Source: a virus (taxonomy: Duplodnaviria; Caudoviricetes). From it: 32,590 nucleotides of DNA. The stretch lies in the IMG/VR virus record IMGVR_UViG_3300036796_000277, positions 1 through 32,590 of that record; one strand, given 5' to 3'. A program made the translations under genes and the position numbers. The notes under the pieces are model-generated. The model searched no databases, was not told where the DNA came from, and worked only from the letters and a program-made list of their open reading frames with translations. Below, in pieces: positions 23,768 through 32,590 of the stretch (positions within the stretch are counted from its first letter, which is position 1; each line of letters opens with the position of its first letter).

Positions 23768-25254
23768 GTCAAAAATTTAAAACTGTTCTCACCAATGCCG
23801 GGGTGCAAAAGCTGGCCGCCGGTTTACCGCCTGACGGGAAGAAAGTTGTTTTTACCGCAATGGCCGTGGGTGACGGGGGCGGCTCCTTGCCCGAACCCAA
23901 ACCGGAGCAAACCGCCCTAGTGCGTGAGGTATACCGCGAACTTATCAATACGATCACCCCGCACCCTAAATATGCTAACTGTGTGGTGGCCGAAATGATT
24001 ATCCCCCCTAACTGGGGTGGTTTCTGGATGCGTGAGCTTGGGCTCTATGACAGTGAGGGCGTGCTTATCGCAGTGGCTAACATAGCCGAGAGCTATAAGC
24101 CGCTACTCGAAGAGGGCTCCGGGCGTGCGTCAACCGTGCGCATGGTGATTGCTGTCAGCAATATCGCCTCGGTCGAGCTGCAGGTCGACAGCACCACGGT
24201 GCTCGCGACTAAAGAGTATGTTGACGACGAGCTCGACAAACACGCCAAATCACGAAATCACCCTGACGGCACGCTAAAAGAAAAAGGTTTTGTCCAACTG
24301 AGCAGCGCCACCGACAGTGATAGCGAGACGCTGGCCGCCACGCCAAAAGCCGTTAAAACTGCTTATGCCATGGCTAAACAGGCTGATGAAAATGCTGATA
24401 AGCGCCTGCAGGCTGACAAAAATTTTTCTGACGTTAAGGATGCGGCTGAGGCACGTAAAAATATTGGGTTGGGTGATATTGCCACGCATGACGCAAAAGA
24501 GTTTGTGCCGGTTACGCGCACGGTGAATAAAAAGAAACTGGATGCTGATATTTCATTAAGTGCTGGCGATGTTGGTGCCGTGCCGACCACTGGCGGTGAT
24601 GTGGGGTATCTCGATAATGCTGATCATTATCACATCAAAGATAATGTGTGGCCTGGGGTGGGGTCATTTCAAAATCAAGTCAATGACCGGCGAGCGCTGT
24701 TTTATTCAGCTAACTATGGTGCCAATGGCAATGTCTATCTGCCAATGACAAAAGCGACGGTAGAAACTGTCGGACATGGCTACCGCGCCGCCGTTAGCTA
24801 TGGCGCGTTAACATCAGGCAATGCTGATTATCCCAGCGCGTGTATCCATGTGTGCAGCGCCATGGGCGATGGCTCGTTTAGAGATAGCGTGTGGGGATTT
24901 AACCCGAACAATGGCAAATTCACATCGCCAGGTGCGATTCATGCAGGCGGCGCGATTCTCGAAACAAATGGTGATGTTTACGGCCCGTGCTGGGGCGGCT
25001 GGCTGAGTCAGTGGTTGGGTAACAATATGACATCCCAGGCAACGACCAACTGGGTGATTCAGAATTTTGTGCAGAACATCGACCTTACAGCCGCGACTGA
25101 AATTCAGTTTTGGGACGGCAGAGGATATCCAAAGGGAACGGATGGCGGCGCTATGTATAACTTCTCGATGGTTGGCGGCGCTAACAACGTCGGTACATTT
25201 CACATTCGCTATCTTCGTAAGCTGATGAATGGGCAATGGATTGTTATTAACTGA
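23764..25254 (+). CDS. H: Tail fibre protein H
   Basis: AMAVGDGGG, GGFWMRELGLYD, GFVQLSSATDSDSETLAATPKAVK; variable C-terminus. Confidence 0.92.
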   Translation: MSQKFKTVLTNAGVQKLAAGLPPDGKKVVFTAMAVGDGGGSLPEPKPEQTALVREVYRELINTITPHPKYANCVVAEMIIPPNWGGFWMRELGLYDSEGVLIAVANIAESYKPLLEEGSGRASTVRMVIAVSNIASVELQVDSTTVLATKEYVDDELDKHAKSRNHPDGTLKEKGFVQLSSATDSDSETLAATPKAVKTAYAMAKQADENADKRLQADKNFSDVKDAAEARKNIGLGDIATHDAKEFVPVTRTVNKKKLDADISLSAGDVGAVPTTGGDVGYLDNADHYHIKDNVWPGVGSFQNQVNDRRALFYSANYGANGNVYLPMTKATVETVGHGYRAAVSYGALTSGNADYPSACIHVCSAMGDGSFRDSVWGFNPNNGKFTSPGAIHAGGAILETNGDVYGPCWGGWLSQWLGNNMTSQATTNWVIQNFVQNIDLTAATEIQFWDGRGYPKGTDGGAMYNFSMVGGANNVGTFHIRYLRKLMNGQWIVIN

Positions 25255-25263
25255 GGAAAAAAG

Positions 25264-25785
25264 ATGATGCAGCAATTTGGGAAGTTTTCGCAGTACACGC
25301 CTAAAGGGAAAACGCTTACTGTAGATGGTGGCAAGGTGATTTATTTGCAGGATGAACAGGGAAACGACTGGTACGACGTACAAAAGCAATTTAGCGAAAA
25401 CACGCTTAAAGTCGGTTATGACGAAGACGGGCGTGTCAGGACGTTCTGCACCGATATTTATGCGTTCTTCCCTATGAACCTGAGTGTCGTTGAGTTGCCC
25501 GCCGCAAAAGCAAATATGCGTGTAAGCCTGGGCGATGACTGGTTTTATAAAGACGGTAAATTGCAGCAGATTCGCGATCAGCTTGCTATCGCTACAACTG
25601 AACGCGATAACCGCATGATTGCCGCAACAAAGCGTATCGACTGGCTCGCCGCCGCACTTGAGGATGGTGATATTTCCGATGAAGAAAACGCCGAGCTTGA
25701 AGCGCTGCGGGCTCATCGTGCCGAACTACGCCGTATAGACCTGACCGCTGCGCCTAAAATCACTTGGCCTGTGCTTCCAGCCTGA
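25264..25785 (+). CDS. Tail fibre assembly chaperone
   Basis: LQDEQGNDWY...ITWPVLPA (Caudo_TAP-like); follows H. Confidence 0.88.
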   Translation: MMQQFGKFSQYTPKGKTLTVDGGKVIYLQDEQGNDWYDVQKQFSENTLKVGYDEDGRVRTFCTDIYAFFPMNLSVVELPAAKANMRVSLGDDWFYKDGKLQQIRDQLAIATTERDNRMIAATKRIDWLAAALEDGDISDEENAELEALRAHRAELRRIDLTAAPKITWPVLPA

Positions 25786-25786
25786 T

Positions 25787-25818
25787 AAAAGCGCTCCTGA
25801 CCGGGGCGTTTTTCTTTT
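25787..25818 (+). terminator. Rho-independent terminator after the V-G operon
   Basis: AAAAGCGCTCC-loop-GGGGCGTTTTT followed by a T-rich run. Confidence 0.7.
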
Positions 25819-25914
25819 CCCGGTTGTGCCACCGACAGCAAAACTCTGACCGCTCGCCCCCTACCGCCACACATCAGAAAATATCACTCACCCAAACACC
25901 ACGGAGTAAACCGG

Positions 25915-27102
25915 ATGAGTGACTTTCACCACGGCGTCCAGGTCGTCGAAGTAAACGATGGCACGCGCGTCATTTCCACTGTCTCGACGGCAATCATTGG
26001 CATGGTCTGTACCGCCAGCGATGCCGACGAAAAAACATTCCCGCTCAATGAGCCGGTGCTGATTACCAATGTGCAAAGCGCGATTGCTAAGGCCGGTAAA
26101 AAAGGTACCCTGGCCGCTTCGCTGCAGGCTATTGCCGACCAGGCCAGACCGGTGACCGTTGTTGTGCGCGTTGCCGAGGGCGTCGGCGACGATGAAGAGG
26201 TCGCGCAGGCTGAGACAATCTCGAACATCATCGGCACCACGGATGAGAACGGCAAATACACCGGGCTTAAAGCGCTGCTGACCGCCGAGGCGGTAACCGG
26301 TGTTAAGCCGCGCATTCTCGGCGTGCCGGGGCTCGATACAAAAGAGGTGGCGGTTGCGCTGGCCTCGGTCTGCAAGAAGCTCCGCGCGTTTGGTTATATC
26401 AGCGCCTGGGGCTGCAAAACCGTCCCGGACTGTATCAAGTACCGCGAGAATTTCAGCCAGCGCGAGTTAATGCTCATCTGGCCGGATTTTATTGCCTGGA
26501 ACACCGTAGCAAACGCTAGCGACACGGCTTACGCCACCGCCCGCGCAATGGGGCTGCGTGCTTACATCGACCAGACGGTCGGCTGGCATAAAACGCTGTC
26601 TAACGTTGGCGTCCAGGGTGTGACTGGCATCAGCGCGTCAGTGTTCTGGGATTTGCAGGAATCCGGCACCGACGCCGACCTGCTGAACGAGGCCGGGGTC
26701 ACCACGCTGATTCGTAAAGATGGTTTCCGCTTCTGGGGTAACCGCTGCTGCTCTGACGATCCGTTATTCCTTTTCGAAAACTACACCCGCACCGCGCAGG
26801 TTATCGCCGACACGATGGCTGAGGGGCATATGTGGGCGGTTGATAAACCTATTTCCCCGACGCTTATCCGCGACATTGTGGACGGCATCAATGCCAAATT
26901 CCGCGAGATGGCCACGGCGGGTTATATCGTCGGTGCAACGTGCTGGTTTGACGAAAGCGCCAACGACAAAGAAACCCTGAAAGGCGGCAAGCTGATCCTC
27001 GATTACGATTTTACGCCGGTGCCGCCGCTGGAAAACCTGACGCTGCGCCAGCGTATTACCGACAAATATCTCGTCACCCTGGCCGCTGCGGTCAGTCGAT
27101 AA
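25915..27102 (+). CDS. FI: Tail sheath protein
   Basis: HHGVQV, GVKPRILGVPG, GWHKTLSNV, GFRFWGNR. Confidence 0.96.
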   Translation: MSDFHHGVQVVEVNDGTRVISTVSTAIIGMVCTASDADEKTFPLNEPVLITNVQSAIAKAGKKGTLAASLQAIADQARPVTVVVRVAEGVGDDEEVAQAETISNIIGTTDENGKYTGLKALLTAEAVTGVKPRILGVPGLDTKEVAVALASVCKKLRAFGYISAWGCKTVPDCIKYRENFSQRELMLIWPDFIAWNTVANASDTAYATARAMGLRAYIDQTVGWHKTLSNVGVQGVTGISASVFWDLQESGTDADLLNEAGVTTLIRKDGFRFWGNRCCSDDPLFLFENYTRTAQVIADTMAEGHMWAVDKPISPTLIRDIVDGINAKFREMATAGYIVGATCWFDESANDKETLKGGKLILDYDFTPVPPLENLTLRQRITDKYLVTLAAAVSR

Positions 27103-27115
27103 GGAGCCCGATTAA

Positions 27116-27634
27116 ATGGCAATGCCACGCACGCTAAAAATGATGAATGCATTCATCAACAGTGTCAGCTACCTGGGCGTCGTAACCTCGCTGACGCTCC
27201 CGAAGCTGACCCGCAAACTGGAAATGTATCGCGGTGCCGGGATGAACGGCGCAGCCCCGATTGATTTCGGCCTGGACGATGATGCGCTCTCGATGGAGCT
27301 GAGTCTCGGCGGGTTCCCGGATGAGGCGCTCTGGACGATGTACGGTGCTGTCGGCACTGGCGAGACGCTGCGTTATGCAGGCTCATACCAGCGCGACGAT
27401 ACCGGCGAAATTGTGCCGGTTGAGGTGGTGACCCGTTTCAAAATGAAAGAAATGGACACCGGAGAAAACAAGCAAGGCGAGAAAGCCGAGAGCAAATTAT
27501 CGGTTATCTGCACTTACTTCAAACTCACCATCAACGGGAATGTTGTCATTGAAATCGACGTGCTGAACGCTATCGAGAAAGTGAACGGCGTCGACCGACT
27601 GGAACAGCACCGCAAAAATATTGGCCTGATTTAA
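27116..27634 (+). CDS. FII: Tail tube protein
   Basis: TLPKLTRKLEMYRGAGM, GSYQRDDTG. Confidence 0.96.
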   Translation: MAMPRTLKMMNAFINSVSYLGVVTSLTLPKLTRKLEMYRGAGMNGAAPIDFGLDDDALSMELSLGGFPDEALWTMYGAVGTGETLRYAGSYQRDDTGEIVPVEVVTRFKMKEMDTGENKQGEKAESKLSVICTYFKLTINGNVVIEIDVLNAIEKVNGVDRLEQHRKNIGLI

Positions 27635-27699
27635 CCCCTGCACCGGCGGGAATACCTCGCCGGTAAACCCCCAAATTCTGACGAAAGAGAGCAAGCAAC

Positions 27700-27999
27700 A
27701 TGGGTAAAGCAAAAGAAGTATTAACCAATCCTGAAAATACGATCACCCTCGATACGCCGATTAAACGCGGTGAGCAGGTTATTGCCGCAGTTACGCTGAT
27801 TAAACCCAATACCGGCACGCTGCGCGGTGTCTCGCTGGCTGATGTGGCTAACTCCGATGTTAACGCGCTGATTAAGGTGCTGCCGCGCATGACTTACCCG
27901 AGCCTGACTGAGCAGGAAGTCGCGGCGCTTGAGCTGCCGGATATTCTGGCGATGGCCGGGAAGGTGGTCGGTTTTTTGGCACCGAATTCGGCGGCATAG
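27700..27999 (+). CDS. E: Tail assembly chaperone E
   Basis: TLDTPIKRG, GTLRGVSL, VLPRMT. Confidence 0.92.
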   Translation: MGKAKEVLTNPENTITLDTPIKRGEQVIAAVTLIKPNTGTLRGVSLADVANSDVNALIKVLPRMTYPSLTEQEVAALELPDILAMAGKVVGFLAPNSAA

Positions 28000-28151
28000 T
28001 ATTTCCTGAAAAATTCTCGGTCGACGATTTCATTGCGGATATCGCGGTTATCTTCCACTGGCCGCCGTCTGAGCTTTACCCGATGAGCGTGGCCGAGCTC
28101 CTCTTATGGCGCGATAAAGCGCTCCAGCGAAGCGGAAACGCAGATGAGTAA
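27975..28151 (+). CDS. E' extension read by programmed -1 frameshift (gpE+E')
   Basis: T6G slippery site at 27972-27978; -1 frame reads ...DDFIADIAVIFHWPPSELYPMSVAELLLWRDKALQRSGNADE* to 28151. Confidence 0.88.
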   Translation, partial: FGTEFGGIVFPEKFSVDDFIADIAVIFHWPPSELYPMSVAELLLWRDKALQRSGNADE

Positions 28152-30612
28152 TAACGTTAAGTTGCAGGTTTTACTCAAGGCTGTTGACCAGGCGACCCGC
28201 CCGTTTAAATCCATCCAGACAGCGAGTAAATCGCTGTCGGGTGATATCCGGGAATCACAGAAATCCTTACGCGAGCTGAACGGCCAGGCCTCAAAGATTG
28301 AGGGATTCCGTAAAACCAGCGCGCAGCTCGCGGTCACCGGTCAGGCTTTGAAGCAGGCTAAACAGGAGGCCGCCGCGCTGGCTGTCCAGTTTAAAAACAC
28401 CGAACAACCCATGCTCGCGCAGTCACGCGCAATGGATGCCGCACGCCGCAGCGCTAACGAGCTTCAGCTCAAACAAAACAGCCTCCGGCAATCGGTACAG
28501 CGTCAGCGCCAGGAGCTGGCGCAGGCCGGAATAAATACCCGCACCCTGGCGAGTGATGAGCGCCGACTGAAAAACTCTCTTAGCGAAACAACTGCGCAGC
28601 TAAACCGCCAGCGGGAAGCACTGGCGAGGGTCAGCGCGCAGCAGGCGAAACTCAATGCAGTCAAAGAACGCTATCAATCCGGTAAAGCGCTTGCGGGAAG
28701 TGCTGCCGCCGTAGGTGCTGCCGGGGTCGGTATCGCCACGGCGGGAACGATGGCCGGTGTGAAACTGCTGATGCCAGGCTATGACTTTGCACAGAAAAAC
28801 TCTGAGCTGCAGGCCGTACTTGGGGTGGATAAACAATCCCCGGAAATGCAGGCGCTACGCAAACAGGCGCGCCAGCTCGGTGATAACACTGCGGCGTCTG
28901 CTGATGATGCCGCCGGAGCACAGATTATTATCGCGAAGGGTGGCGGGGATGCCGCAGCCATTCAGGCGGCGACGCCGGTCACGCTAAATATGGCGCTGGC
29001 TAACCGCCGGACGATGGAAGAGAACGCCGGGCTTTTGATGGGAATGCGCTCGGCGTTTCAGCTCTCTAACGACAGAGTGGCACACATTGGCGATGTGTTG
29101 TCGATGACGATGAACAAGACCGCCGCCGACTTTGACGGCCTCAGTGATGCCCTGACCTACGCAGCACCAGTCGCAAAAAATGCCGGGGTCAGTATCGAAC
29201 AAACTGCCGCAATGGTGGGGGCTCTGCATGATGCAAAAATTACCGGCTCAATGGCGGGGACGGGTAGCCGTGCAATTCTGAGTCGCCTGCAGGCACCGAC
29301 CGGGAAAGCTTTCCAGGCAATTAAAGAGCTCGGCGTTAAGACGGCTGACGGCAAAGGCAATACGCGGCCAATCTTCAGCATCCTGAAAGAAATGCAGGCC
29401 AGTTTCGAAAAAAATAAACTCGGAACCAGCCAGCGCGGCGAGTACATGAAAACCATTTTCGGGGAGGAGGCCAGCTCGGCCGCCGCCGTACTCATGACCG
29501 CAGCGGCCAGCGGTAAGCTCGACCAGTTAACCGCCTCGCTTAAAGCCTCGGATGGCAAAACCGAGGAGCTGGTCAAAGTTATGCAGGACAACCTCGGGGG
29601 CGACTTCAAAGAGTTTCAGTCGGCTTATGAGGCGGTCGGGACTGACCTTTTTGACCAGCAGGAGGGTTCACTCCGCAAACTGACGCAGACCGCAACGGGG
29701 TATGTGCTCAGGCTCGACGGCTGGATTCAGAAAAATAAAGGGCTGGCGCAAACTCTCGGGCTGATTGCCGGTGGCGCGTTGGCGCTGATTGGCACCATCG
29801 GGGCTATCGGTCTGGTTGCCTGGCCGGTTGTCGCTGGCATTAATGCGATCATCGCGGCCGCCGGTCTGCTCGGGACAATTTTCAGCGCGGTAGGAAGCGC
29901 CATTGTCACGGCTCTCGGGGCGATCACCTGGCCGGTGGTGGCCGTCGGGGTGGCTATCGTCGCCGGTGCTCTGCTTATCCGCAAATATTGGGAGCCCATC
30001 AGCGCCTTTTTCGCTGGCGTTGTGGAAGGGCTTAAAGCGGCCTTTGCGCCCGTTGGTGAAATGTTCGCGCCATTAAAGCCGGTATTTGACTGGCTGGGCG
30101 AGAAACTAAAAGCCGTGCGGGAATGGTTTAAGAACCTGATTGCGCCGGTGAAATCCACGCAAGAAACGCTCGATTCCTGCAAGAGCGCCGGGGTGATGTT
30201 CGGTGAGGCGCTGGCTAATGCGCTGCTTGCCCCGCTTAATGCCTTTAATCTGCTGAGAAAGGGCATTACGTGGGTACTGGAAAAGCTCGGTGTTATCAAC
30301 AAGGAATCGGGCGAAATCAACAAAACTGCGGGTGACCTTGCCACCGGCGGGGCAAATGCGCCGGGCGGGAGCGGGAGTTATTCACCTGCCACTGGTGGCG
30401 CATACATCCCGGCAACCGCTGGCGGGGCATACCAACCCATCGGCGCGCCTGGTGGCCGTTCATATGTCGACAACAGCCGCAGCGAATACAACATCCACCT
30501 GCCAGGCGGGATGATGCCGGAGCGTGATCTCGACCGCCAGTTACGAGACGCGGTGGAAAGAATCGACCGGGAAAAACGTGCTAAACAGCGCTCTGACATG
30601 CGGCATGATTGA
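28144..30612 (+). CDS. T: Tail tape measure protein
   Basis: LKAVDQATRPF N-terminus; 822 aa, Ala-rich; TP901-type core. Confidence 0.95.
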   Translation: MSNNVKLQVLLKAVDQATRPFKSIQTASKSLSGDIRESQKSLRELNGQASKIEGFRKTSAQLAVTGQALKQAKQEAAALAVQFKNTEQPMLAQSRAMDAARRSANELQLKQNSLRQSVQRQRQELAQAGINTRTLASDERRLKNSLSETTAQLNRQREALARVSAQQAKLNAVKERYQSGKALAGSAAAVGAAGVGIATAGTMAGVKLLMPGYDFAQKNSELQAVLGVDKQSPEMQALRKQARQLGDNTAASADDAAGAQIIIAKGGGDAAAIQAATPVTLNMALANRRTMEENAGLLMGMRSAFQLSNDRVAHIGDVLSMTMNKTAADFDGLSDALTYAAPVAKNAGVSIEQTAAMVGALHDAKITGSMAGTGSRAILSRLQAPTGKAFQAIKELGVKTADGKGNTRPIFSILKEMQASFEKNKLGTSQRGEYMKTIFGEEASSAAAVLMTAAASGKLDQLTASLKASDGKTEELVKVMQDNLGGDFKEFQSAYEAVGTDLFDQQEGSLRKLTQTATGYVLRLDGWIQKNKGLAQTLGLIAGGALALIGTIGAIGLVAWPVVAGINAIIAAAGLLGTIFSAVGSAIVTALGAITWPVVAVGVAIVAGALLIRKYWEPISAFFAGVVEGLKAAFAPVGEMFAPLKPVFDWLGEKLKAVREWFKNLIAPVKSTQETLDSCKSAGVMFGEALANALLAPLNAFNLLRKGITWVLEKLGVINKESGEINKTAGDLATGGANAPGGSGSYSPATGGAYIPATAGGAYQPIGAPGGRSYVDNSRSEYNIHLPGGMMPERDLDRQLRDAVERIDREKRAKQRSDMRHD

Positions 30613-30627
30613 CAGGAGGAATTAACG

Positions 30628-31122
30628 ATGATGCTCGCACTAGGTCTTTTTGTTTTTATGCGTCAGACGCTGCCGTTCCAGTCGATGCAGCATGATATTA
30701 GCTGGCGCTGGCCGTCAAACAGCCGCGTCGGTGCGCGTCCGGCGTTTCAGTTTCTCGGTGTGGAGGAGGAAAAAATTACGCTGAGCGGGACGCTTTACCC
30801 GGAGCTGACGGGCGGGCGGTTTTCGCTGCTGACATTAAAGCTCATGGCTGATGAGGGGAAAGCCTGGTCACTGATTGAGGGAACCGGCACGATTTACGGG
30901 ATGTTTGTCGTTAACTCGGTGCGTCAGACCAATGCGGAATTTTTTAACGACGGCACGGCCAGGAAAATAGATTTTACGCTGGAGCTCACCCGCGTGGATG
31001 AATCGCTCGCGAATATGTTCGGTGATATCGGCCAGCAGGCCGAGAGCCTGGTCGGGAAAGCCCGCGACATGGCCGGGGATGTGGTTTCAAAAGTGAGCGG
31101 TGCAGCCGGGGGATTATTCTGA
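30628..31122 (+). CDS. U: Tail protein U
   Basis: MLALGLFVF, ITLSGTLYPELTGG. Confidence 0.94.
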   Translation: MMLALGLFVFMRQTLPFQSMQHDISWRWPSNSRVGARPAFQFLGVEEEKITLSGTLYPELTGGRFSLLTLKLMADEGKAWSLIEGTGTIYGMFVVNSVRQTNAEFFNDGTARKIDFTLELTRVDESLANMFGDIGQQAESLVGKARDMAGDVVSKVSGAAGGLF

Positions 31123-32288
31123 TGCTTAACACCATTTTATCCGATGCGGGGGCAACCGCGACGCCGGCATTTTTGCTCCGGCTGGAAAACAAAGACATTA
31201 CGCAGAATATCAGCGACCGGCTCATCAGTCTGAGCATGACTGACAACCGCGGATTTGAGGCCGACCAGCTCGACATTGAGCTCGATGACAGTGACGGCCT
31301 GATTGAGCTCCCGTTACGCGGCGCGGTGCTGACTTTGTTCCTCGGCTGGAAAGGTGAGGCGCTTATCGGTAAGGGGCAATTTACGGTTGATGAGATTGAG
31401 CACCGGGGCGCACCTGATGAAGTTACGATCCGGGCGCGTAGTGCTGATTTTCGTGGCTCGCTGAACTCGCGCCGGGAAGCCTCTTATCACGATACAACCC
31501 TAGGGGAAATTGTGGCGACCATTGCCGGGCGAAACAAACTGGAGCCAGCGGTCGCCGATGTGCTGAAAGGGATTAAAGTTTCACACATCGACCAGGCGCA
31601 GGAGTCCGACGCTAAATTCCTTACCCGACTGGCCGAGCGGAACGGCGCAGAGGTATCGGTCAAGGCCGGTCGTCTGCTGATGCTCAAGGCCGGGAATGGT
31701 GTCACGGCCAGCGGCAAGCCTATCCCGGCTATCACTATCGCGCGCAGCTCTGGCGACCGTCACAGCTTCTCTATCGCTGACCGGGGCGCATACACCGGCG
31801 TTACGGCTAAATGGCTGCATACCAAAGACCCGAAGCCGGAGAAGCAAAAACAGCAGGTGAAGGTGAAGCGTAAACCCAAAGAGCGGCATTTACGCGCGCT
31901 GGAGCACCCGAAAGCTACACCGGTTAGCAAGGCTAAGGCAAAGAAAGTCAAAGAGCAGGAAGCCCGAGAGGGGGAATACATGACCGGCACCGAGGATAAT
32001 GTTTTCGCCCTGACAACAATCTACGCGACAAAGGTGCAGGCCATACGCGCCGCACAGGCAAAATGGGATAAGTTGCAGCGTGGGGTTGCAGAGTTTTCTA
32101 TCTCGTTGGCATTGGGGCGTGCCGATATCTACCCGGAAACCCCGGTGCGCGTCTCAGGGTTTAAGCGTGTTATAGACGAGCAGGACTGGACGATCACAAA
32201 GGTTACCCACTCGCTCAGCAATAATGGTTATACGACGGGTTTAGAGCTTGAGGTTAAGCTGAAAGATGTTGAATATGAGAAAAATTGA
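31122..32288 (+). CDS. D: Late control/baseplate hub protein D
   Basis: TDNRGFEADQLDIELDD, HIDQAQESD. Confidence 0.95.
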   Translation: MLNTILSDAGATATPAFLLRLENKDITQNISDRLISLSMTDNRGFEADQLDIELDDSDGLIELPLRGAVLTLFLGWKGEALIGKGQFTVDEIEHRGAPDEVTIRARSADFRGSLNSRREASYHDTTLGEIVATIAGRNKLEPAVADVLKGIKVSHIDQAQESDAKFLTRLAERNGAEVSVKAGRLLMLKAGNGVTASGKPIPAITIARSSGDRHSFSIADRGAYTGVTAKWLHTKDPKPEKQKQQVKVKRKPKERHLRALEHPKATPVSKAKAKKVKEQEAREGEYMTGTEDNVFALTTIYATKVQAIRAAQAKWDKLQRGVAEFSISLALGRADIYPETPVRVSGFKRVIDEQDWTITKVTHSLSNNGYTTGLELEVKLKDVEYEKN

Positions 32289-32368
32289 GTGTTTAGCTGA
32301 ATGTTAATTCCATTTAGTAGAATTTGGTGTAATGATTATTTGCATAAAGCGAATTTATCGGAGGGAAT

Positions 32369-32590
32369 ATGTTTCATTGTCCACAATGCCAACACGCAGC
32401 TCATGCCAGAACGAGTCGATATCTGAGTGAAAACACGAAAGAAAGGTATCATCAGTGCACAAACATAAACTGTAGCTGTACTTTTGTGACGATGGAGTCA
32501 GTTGAACGCTTTATTGTTACTCCTGGAAAAGTTAATCCTGCGCTCCCGCATCCAATGCAAGGTGGGCAGCAAAAAATGCACTGGATGTGA
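32369..32590 (+). CDS. ogr: Ogr/Delta (186 B)-family late activator
   Basis: MFHCPQC...AHARTSRYL...YHQCTNINCSCTF zinc finger. Confidence 0.95.
   Translation: MFHCPQCQHAAHARTSRYLSENTKERYHQCTNINCSCTFVTMESVERFIVTPGKVNPALPHPMQGGQQKMHWM

Larger units (their letters stand above)
1..32590. mobile_element. P2/186-like prophage (att ends not within window)
   Basis: Complete P2-type gene set in prophage order from int to ogr, with internal cos and ori; no obviously disrupted core ORF. Confidence 0.97.

Noticed and set aside
21252-25716. Minus-strand ORFs 21252-21968, 22898-23656 and 24814-25716
   Set aside because: They lie opposite V, J/I and H/chaperone, span gene boundaries, and are explained as shadow frames
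1-32590. att sites, tRNA, CRISPR array, IS elements
   Set aside because: No terminal direct repeats, cloverleaf, regularly spaced repeats or transposase seen by eye; the window begins and ends at stop codons, so att sites are probably outside

Overview
The whole window is a P2/186-type (Peduovirinae-like) temperate prophage in prophage gene order, apparently complete apart from its att sites. The order is int - cI - apl/cox - cII - early genes - A (rolling-circle initiator with internal ori) - tum - cos - Q/P - O/N/M/L/X - lysis - R/S - V/W/J/I/H/G - FI/FII/E/E'/T/U/D - ogr. The regulatory architecture is 186-like: a 186-type cos 19-mer, a CII inverted repeat at the start of cII, and a LexA box before tum. 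No att site, tRNA or host gene is visible. Non-core cargo sits at five positions. (1) An N-glycosidase/nucleoside 2-deoxyribosyltransferase-like gene lies between cI and int. (2) A two-TM membrane protein overlaps the int stop; (1) and (2) are both coupled into the lysogenic operon. (3) An antisense-overlapping ORF pair lies just before A. (4) A GmrSD-like DUF262-DUF1524 nuclease plus two divergent small genes sharing one CATG start lie in the tum-cos hotspot. (5) A Zn-HNH-like gene lies between S and V. The best candidate for an undescribed system is the NDT-like enzyme plus membrane protein flanking int inside the cI operon. Its defence role is inference only. All family assignments come from motif recognition and synteny, not database searches.
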